From: Pirellulales bacterium
GTDB taxonomy: Bacteria; Planctomycetota; Planctomycetia; Pirellulales; PALSA-1355
Reading direction: 5' to 3'
DNA: 59,464 nucleotides
Assembly (NCBI GenBank): GCA_035496575.1
Contig: DATJEN010000073.1
Location: 1 to 59,464, forward strand
Shown piece after piece: positions 54,621 to 59,464 of this stretch (positions are counted from its first letter, which is position 1; every line of letters begins with the position of its first letter). The position numbers and the translations under genes are program-made. Under the pieces are notes generated by a model. The model did not search any database, had not been told where the DNA came from, and saw only the letters and a program-made list of their open reading frames with translations.

Positions 54621-54690
54621 CCGCAGTCGAAGTGCGGAAAGTCGTGGCCGCTCGCTCGAGACCCGTGTACCTGCGGCCTTCGACACTGCG
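54621..54690. terminator. long-range inverted repeat in the convergent gap between the C-N hydrolase gene and mqnE
   Basis: CGCAGTCGAAG (54622-54632) pairs with CTTCGAC-ac-TGCG (54678-54690), giving 11 bp with a 2-nt bulge. No U-run. Confidence 0.25.
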
Positions 54691-54699
54691 TCGCGAGAC

Positions 54700-55833
54700 T
54701 CAATTCGCTTCGACCAGCTCGGCCGTTTGCCAAGTGTTGCCATCGCGGATCACGCGATGATAGAGCGTGTCGCGCTCGACCGGCTCGCGGCCAGCTTCCA
54801 CGACGAGCCGCCGGATGTCTTCGACCGACAGTACTTCGGGCGTGGTCGCGCCCGCGTCGTGATAGATCAGCTCGTGCCGCACGGTGCCATCCAAGTCGTC
54901 GGCCCCATAGGCCAGCGCCGTCTGGGCCGTGCCGATGCCCAGCATGATCCAATAAGCCTTCACATGATCGAAGTTATCGAGCATTAAGCGGCCGACCGCC
55001 ACGGTGCGCAGATCCATCACGCCCGAGGCCTTTTTGATATGGCTCAAGCCTGTGTTATCGGGATGGAAAGCCAGCGGGATGAAGGTTTGAAATCCGCCGG
55101 TCTCATCCTGCAGCTCGCGCAAGCGGATGAGGTGGTCGACCCGATGGAATGCGTTTTCGATGTGGCCATAGAGCATGGTGGCGTTCGAGCGAATTCCCAG
55201 CTCGTGCGCGGTGCGATGAATGTCGATCCAGCGGCCGGCGTCAGCCTTGTGTTCGCAGATCTGGTCGCGCACTTCCGGATGGAAGATCTCGGCGCCGCCG
55301 CCTGGCAGGCTGCCCAACCCTGCCTCGACCATCTCTTCCAAAACGGAACGAATCGGCCGGCCGGTCATGCGAGAAAACCAGTCGAGCTCGACCCCCGTCC
55401 AGGCTTTCAGGTGCAATCGCGGATACGCCTCGTGCAGGATGCGCACCAGATTTAAGTACCATTCGTACTTCATCTGGTGGTGCAGCCCGCCGACGATGTG
55501 CATTTCGGTGGCGCCGCAGTCGACCGCCTCCTGCCCCCGCGCAAGGATCTGCTCGTCCGACATTAAGTAGCCTTTCGGGCTGCGCAGGTCGGAGCGGAAG
55601 GCACAGAACACGCAACGATACACGCACACGTTGGTGGGGTTCAGGTGCGTGTTGATGTTGTAGAAGGCTAGATTGCCGTTCTTCCGCTCGCGCACCAAGT
55701 TGGCAAGCTCGCCAACTTCCGAGAGCGGCACGTCGGGCCGATAAAGATACAGGCCATCTTCGAGTGATAGACGCGCGCGGGCCTCGACTTTCTCACGAAT
55801 CGAATTCAGCGTGGGTTCGGTCGCTCGGATCAT
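54700..55833 (-). CDS. mqnE: radical-SAM menaquinone (futalosine-pathway) enzyme, MqnE-like (aminofutalosine synthase); MqnC not excluded
   Basis: CxxxCxxC is present in NVCVYRCVFCAF. About 377 aa. It neighbours prenyltransferase, UbiX, UbiE and UbiD genes. The MqnE versus MqnC call rests on recollection of the NxxxNPTN context only. Confidence 0.7.
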   Translation of the reverse strand: MIRATEPTLNSIREKVEARARLSLEDGLYLYRPDVPLSEVGELANLVRERKNGNLAFYNINTHLNPTNVCVYRCVFCAFRSDLRSPKGYLMSDEQILARGQEAVDCGATEMHIVGGLHHQMKYEWYLNLVRILHEAYPRLHLKAWTGVELDWFSRMTGRPIRSVLEEMVEAGLGSLPGGGAEIFHPEVRDQICEHKADAGRWIDIHRTAHELGIRSNATMLYGHIENAFHRVDHLIRLRELQDETGGFQTFIPLAFHPDNTGLSHIKKASGVMDLRTVAVGRLMLDNFDHVKAYWIMLGIGTAQTALAYGADDLDGTVRHELIYHDAGATTPEVLSVEDIRRLVVEAGREPVERDTLYHRVIRDGNTWQTAELVEAN

Positions 55834-55888
55834 CGTTTGCGCGGGCGGGATGTCGGGAAGGATTGGGCAAATGGCCCATCACACAATT

Positions 55889-56809
55889 TTAGCCTATCAG
55901 CTTGGGCGAACTGAACAAGTCCAGGCTGGCGACAAGAAATAGTCCGATGCTGACCACGGCATTCACCTGGAAAAAAGCCATGTTCACGCGAGTCAGATCA
56001 TCGGGCCGAACCAGCCAATGTTCGTAAATCAAAAGCGCCGCCACCGCGATCACGCCTGAAATGTAAATCCAGCCCAACGGGTACACGGCTGGCAGCAGGG
56101 CCAAGAGCAGCACCATTCCCAAGTGGCAACCCGCCGCGATGCGCAAGGCCATCGGCACGCCGAGCCGGGCCGGAACGCTAAACAGACCCGATGCGCGGTC
56201 GAATTCGACGTCTTGGCACGCGTAGATCATGTCGAACCCGGCGACCCACAAGAGCACGGCGCCACCCAACACCAGGGCCGGCAGCAGATCGAGGGGATCG
56301 GCGAGAACTTGCTCGCCGCGAATCGCGATCCAGGCGGAAATCGGCGCCAGCATAAGTGCCGCCCCGAGCCAAAAGTGCGCTGCGGCCGTGAACCGCTTGG
56401 CGAAGCTATAGCCCAACAGAAATGCCAGCACTGGCAGCGACAGGAAGAGCGGCAATCGATTCGGCAGAAACAAAGCTGTCGCCGCCACGAAGCCCGCCGA
56501 GCACAACACCGCGAAAACCACCACGCTCGAGGTGCGCAAGGCACCGGAAGGCAAATGCCGACTCGCGGTGCGCGGATTGCGCGCGTCGAGCTCTCGATCG
56601 GCCAGCCGGTTGAACGCCATGGCGGCGCTGCGCGCCATGGTCATGCAAATCACAATTCCCACAAGCTGCTGCCAGCGCCAGTCGACCGCCGGCGTGGCGC
56701 GCGCGCCGGCCGTCCAAGCCATCACGGCAGCCAAGAGCGCAAAAGGCAGCGCAAAGAGCGTATGGCTGAAGCGGATCATCTCCAAGAATTGCCGCGTCTG
56801 CCCGAGCAT
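55889..56809 (-). CDS. UbiA-family aromatic prenyltransferase (MqnP-like)
   Basis: Polytopic, with NRLADRELDARNPRT (Asp-rich motif 1) and YACQDVEFD (motif 2). I prefer ATG 56809, 2 nt after the ubiX stop, over the track GTG at 56824. Confidence 0.85.
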   Translation of the reverse strand: MLGQTRQFLEMIRFSHTLFALPFALLAAVMAWTAGARATPAVDWRWQQLVGIVICMTMARSAAMAFNRLADRELDARNPRTASRHLPSGALRTSSVVVFAVLCSAGFVAATALFLPNRLPLFLSLPVLAFLLGYSFAKRFTAAAHFWLGAALMLAPISAWIAIRGEQVLADPLDLLPALVLGGAVLLWVAGFDMIYACQDVEFDRASGLFSVPARLGVPMALRIAAGCHLGMVLLLALLPAVYPLGWIYISGVIAVAALLIYEHWLVRPDDLTRVNMAFFQVNAVVSIGLFLVASLDLFSSPKLIG

Positions 56810-56811
56810 CG

Positions 56812-57501
56812 CTAGCTTCCCCACCGCCGAACCAGCGAGTGGTCAATGTTCAGTTGGTCGCAAATCCGGGCTACGACGAAATCGACCAGGTCGCGAATGC
56901 TTGCCGGGCCATGATAAAACCCAGGCATCGCCGGCAGCACGATCGCACCTGCCTCAACGGCTCGTCGCATGTTTTCCAACTGAATCGACGACAGCGGTGT
57001 CTCACGCGGCACCAACACGAGCGGGCGCCTTTCCTTGAGATGCACGTCGGCGGCACGATGGATCAGATTCTCGCCCGTGCCGTGCACGACCGCCCCCAGC
57101 GTGCTGCCGGAGCAGGGACAGATCACCATGGCATCGGTCAAGAATGAGCCGCTCGCGATCGGTGCGACCAGGTCGGCATAATGGTGATACGTCAGTTTTC
57201 CTTCGCGGCCATGTGAAGCTGCCGCGGAGCCGCTGAGCACGTCGGAAATCGCTGGCGGCATCTTCTTCCGAGCCGGTGAATCCTTCGCGACCAGCAGCAA
57301 GCGCGCGTCCAGCTTGTCGAGCTCAAGCTCCAGACCGAGCTCGTGGGCCAGCACCAGCCGCGCGGCCGGACTGATTGTAAGGTGCACGTGCCGATCGGCC
57401 ACGAGCAGCACTTCCAGGAGCCGCAGCGCATAGATCGCGCCGCTCGCGCCCGTGATGGCCAGGACCACACTTTTGTCGGCAGATTTACGTGCGTCGTTCA
57501 T
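56812..57501 (-). CDS. ubiX: flavin prenyltransferase UbiX (MqnM-like)
   Basis: VLAITGASGAIYALRLLEVL, MVICPCSGSTLGAV and PAMPGFY are present. ATGA overlap with the upstream ubiE stop. Confidence 0.9.
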   Translation of the reverse strand: MNDARKSADKSVVLAITGASGAIYALRLLEVLLVADRHVHLTISPAARLVLAHELGLELELDKLDARLLLVAKDSPARKKMPPAISDVLSGSAAASHGREGKLTYHHYADLVAPIASGSFLTDAMVICPCSGSTLGAVVHGTGENLIHRAADVHLKERRPLVLVPRETPLSSIQLENMRRAVEAGAIVLPAMPGFYHGPASIRDLVDFVVARICDQLNIDHSLVRRWGS

Positions 57502-58205
57502 TTCACGCCTACATACAAGGTGGCTATGCCAAAGGTCAATGGGAACGCGGTGGCCTGGCTCGCTCCAGCGGCTCGAATCCGATCCAAGAGCGCCTGGCCT
57601 GATGGAAACTCGGACACGCTTTCAGGCAGGTAGTGATAAGCGTCCCTGCCCCGCCGCACAAACAGTGATGCCACAAGCGGCAGCACGCGGCGAAAGTACC
57701 ATCCGTACAACGCACGCATCGGCCGCCAGGCGGGCATCGAGAACTCAAGCACGGCAATGCGGCCTCCAGGACGACACACGCGCAGCATCTCGCGCAGTCC
57801 GCGGTCGGTGTCGCTCACGTTGCGCAAACCAAACGCGACCGAGACAATCTGAAACTGGTTGGCGGGAAATGGAAGTGTCTGAGCGTCGGCTTCCACAAAC
57901 GCCAGTCGTTCGGCTTGAGCCTGCGCCGCCTTTCCGCGCCCAATCACCAGCATCGGGTGACAAAAATCGGCGCCGACCACGCGCAGCTTTCCAGCCGCTG
58001 CCCGATAATACGCAAGCGCCAAGTCGCCGGTGCCGGTACACAGGTCCAGAATCGGCAAGTCGCCGTCGGGCGGAACTTTGGCCACCGTGCGCCCCCGCCA
58101 ATATACGTCGACGCCGAGCGATAACAGATGATTTAGAAAGTCATAGCGCGGCGCGATCTGCGCAAACATTCCTCGCACGCGCGCGTCTGACTTGTCGACC
58201 GCCAT
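57498..58205 (-). CDS. ubiE: demethylmenaquinone/ubiquinone C-methyltransferase
   Basis: VRGMFAQIAPRYDFLNHLLSLGVDVYWR, the SAM motif ILDLCTGTGDLA and FGLRNV are present. Confidence 0.9.
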   Translation of the reverse strand: MAVDKSDARVRGMFAQIAPRYDFLNHLLSLGVDVYWRGRTVAKVPPDGDLPILDLCTGTGDLALAYYRAAAGKLRVVGADFCHPMLVIGRGKAAQAQAERLAFVEADAQTLPFPANQFQIVSVAFGLRNVSDTDRGLREMLRVCRPGGRIAVLEFSMPAWRPMRALYGWYFRRVLPLVASLFVRRGRDAYHYLPESVSEFPSGQALLDRIRAAGASQATAFPLTFGIATLYVGVK

Positions 58206-58272
58206 GGAACCTCTCGAAGTTGCCGCGACAGAGCTGCCGCCAACTGCATGATACCCGCGAGACGCCCCGCTT

Positions 58273-59464
58273 TCAGGGGCTCTCGGCTTCCAGCTTATAT
58301 TCGCGCCAGCGGGCCGTGACGAGTTGCCGCACCTGGTCGGTTATTTGCGGGCTGTTTGCGGGCATGGATGTGTCTTCGGCCGGCACTTTCGAGGTGGCAT
58401 CGATGGCCACATGCCGGGCCAGGCCGCCCAGCGTGTTCGCACGGTTGGCCGGATGCGCCGGAGCGTCGAGCCAGAACACGTCCCGCTCGGGGACGACATT
58501 CTGACTGATTGAGGCAAGCACCGCCTCGACATTGTGAACGTTGTGAGTTTCATCGACGACGACCACGAATCTCGCATGGCGGAGCATGTTGGAACCCCAC
58601 AGGGCGGCCGCAACCTGCCGCGCCTGGTGAGGATAACGCTTTCGCAGAGCCACAAAGGCATAGCTGCGTCCGCCGCCGAAATGCGGCACGTGCAGATCGA
58701 CCACGTCCGGGGCTATCGCGCGAACAGCGGGCAGCAGCATCCGCTCGCGCAGCAGCAACAGCACGGCCGATTCGCCACGCGAGCCCGTTTCAAGCGTGAC
58801 GGGCACGATGGGGTGACTGCGGTGTGTCAGGGCCGTGACCTGGAACGGATTAGCCGCGTCAATGAAGTGCGCGTCGCCATTTTGTTCCACCGCGGAAGCG
58901 TTACGAAGCTCAAAGTAGCCTTCGATCACCAATTCGCAATCGGCCGGCACCTCCAAATCATGCGTGCGGCACTTCACGACTTCCAAGCTCTTGCCGCGCA
59001 CCAGGCCAACGATATGCAGTGGGTCGGCTTCGGCCGGTATATCAAGGTAGGCAGCCGCGGAAGCAGCCGGATCGCCGCCGACCAGCAAGGCAGCCGTCAC
59101 GCGCTCGCTGGTGTCGCGATGCTGTGCGAGCCGCCTTTGGATCTCGCCTTGATCTTCGTCCGTGACGCGCAGTCGCGCGCCATCGATGGGAGAAATCGAA
59201 CAGACGAGCACGTCGTGCCCCTCACCGGCCAATTTCGGAATGAGCAATCGAACGCCGGCGAGAGACGGCTCGGCGTTCAACCACGCTTGAATCCAAGGCA
59301 ACACGCCGAGATCGATGTCGCGCCCCAGCCGCACAATTTGCTGGCACGGCGCTGACTTGACCTGCTTGGGCCGAAATTTGTTGACGCCCGCCTCGTCGGC
59401 ATTCGTCTTCAGCCGATCGAACCAGTTGCGCGGCGTGTTGCGCTCAATCAGAGAATCAATGCGC
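58273..59464 (-). CDS. UbiD-family decarboxylase (menaquinone biosynthesis decarboxylase, MqnL-like), N-terminus beyond the right edge
   Basis: The track starts this ORF at GTG 59334. The same frame stays open to 59464 (hand translation ...RIDSLIERNTPRNWFDRLKTNADEAGVNKFRPKQVKSAPCQQIVRLGRD...), a typical UbiD N-terminal region. Confidence 0.85.
   Translation of the reverse strand, partial: RIDSLIERNTPRNWFDRLKTNADEAGVNKFRPKQVKSAPCQQIVRLGRDIDLGVLPWIQAWLNAEPSLAGVRLLIPKLAGEGHDVLVCSISPIDGARLRVTDEDQGEIQRRLAQHRDTSERVTAALLVGGDPAASAAAYLDIPAEADPLHIVGLVRGKSLEVVKCRTHDLEVPADCELVIEGYFELRNASAVEQNGDAHFIDAANPFQVTALTHRSHPIVPVTLETGSRGESAVLLLLRERMLLPAVRAIAPDVVDLHVPHFGGGRSYAFVALRKRYPHQARQVAAALWGSNMLRHARFVVVVDETHNVHNVEAVLASISQNVVPERDVFWLDAPAHPANRANTLGGLARHVAIDATSKVPAEDTSMPANSPQITDQVRQLVTARWREYKLEAESP

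Noticed and set aside
1-59464. Search for mobile elements, integrases, phage genes, toxin-antitoxin or known defence-system genes
   Set aside because: No transposase, integrase or recombinase motifs were recognised, nor terminal inverted repeats, nor nuclease/helicase/ATPase combinations typical of defence islands. The only helicases are the housekeeping PriA and RecG.

Overview
GC-rich bacterial chromosomal segment. The gene content resembles Planctomycetota (Pirellulales-like), an inference from family knowledge only: TAT-signal DUF1501, DUF1570, DUF3500, a BBP7-like barrel, PQQ/PD40 propellers, many signal-peptide hypotheticals and futalosine-route menaquinone genes. I call about 52 densely packed protein-coding genes on both strands. 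Most are housekeeping: acyl-CoA dehydrogenase, arfB, sthA, a psd-pssA-ribE-rsmA string, xdhC/mocA-like, trpBA, mutM, glnB-glnD, a PduO-type adenosyltransferase, nadD, priA, rnhA and recG. A ubiD-ubiE-ubiX-mqnP-mqnE cluster runs off the right edge. Both window edges cut real genes that are missing from the ORF track (1..668 minus; 58273..>59464 minus). I recognised no rRNA, tRNA, CRISPR, transposase/integrase or prophage genes. The best candidate for an undescribed system is (1) a 1144-aa fusion of acyl-AMP ligase, carrier domain and PLP alpha-oxoamine synthase, ending 3 nt from a convergent SDR reductase. It looks like a compacted sphingoid-base/amino-lipid module. Other findings: (2) two cassettes of small membrane proteins flanking ABM-mutM, including three ORFs under 60 aa that the track cannot show, with a one-nucleotide TGATG stop/start overlap and -10 hexamers 6-8 nt from their start codons; (3) a structured intergenic element (G-tract/C-tract hairpin plus three 12-nt-phased TCTAGATT repeats) abutting the start of a DUF1570 HExxH protein; (4) an 842-aa membrane protein overlapping an ABC ATPase (ATGA) with no permease nearby; (5) a secreted protein with 19 cysteines; (6) a recurring TAnnnT-N6-8-ATG pattern suggesting leaderless mRNAs. 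All family assignments come from motif reading by eye and need HMM/BLAST confirmation.
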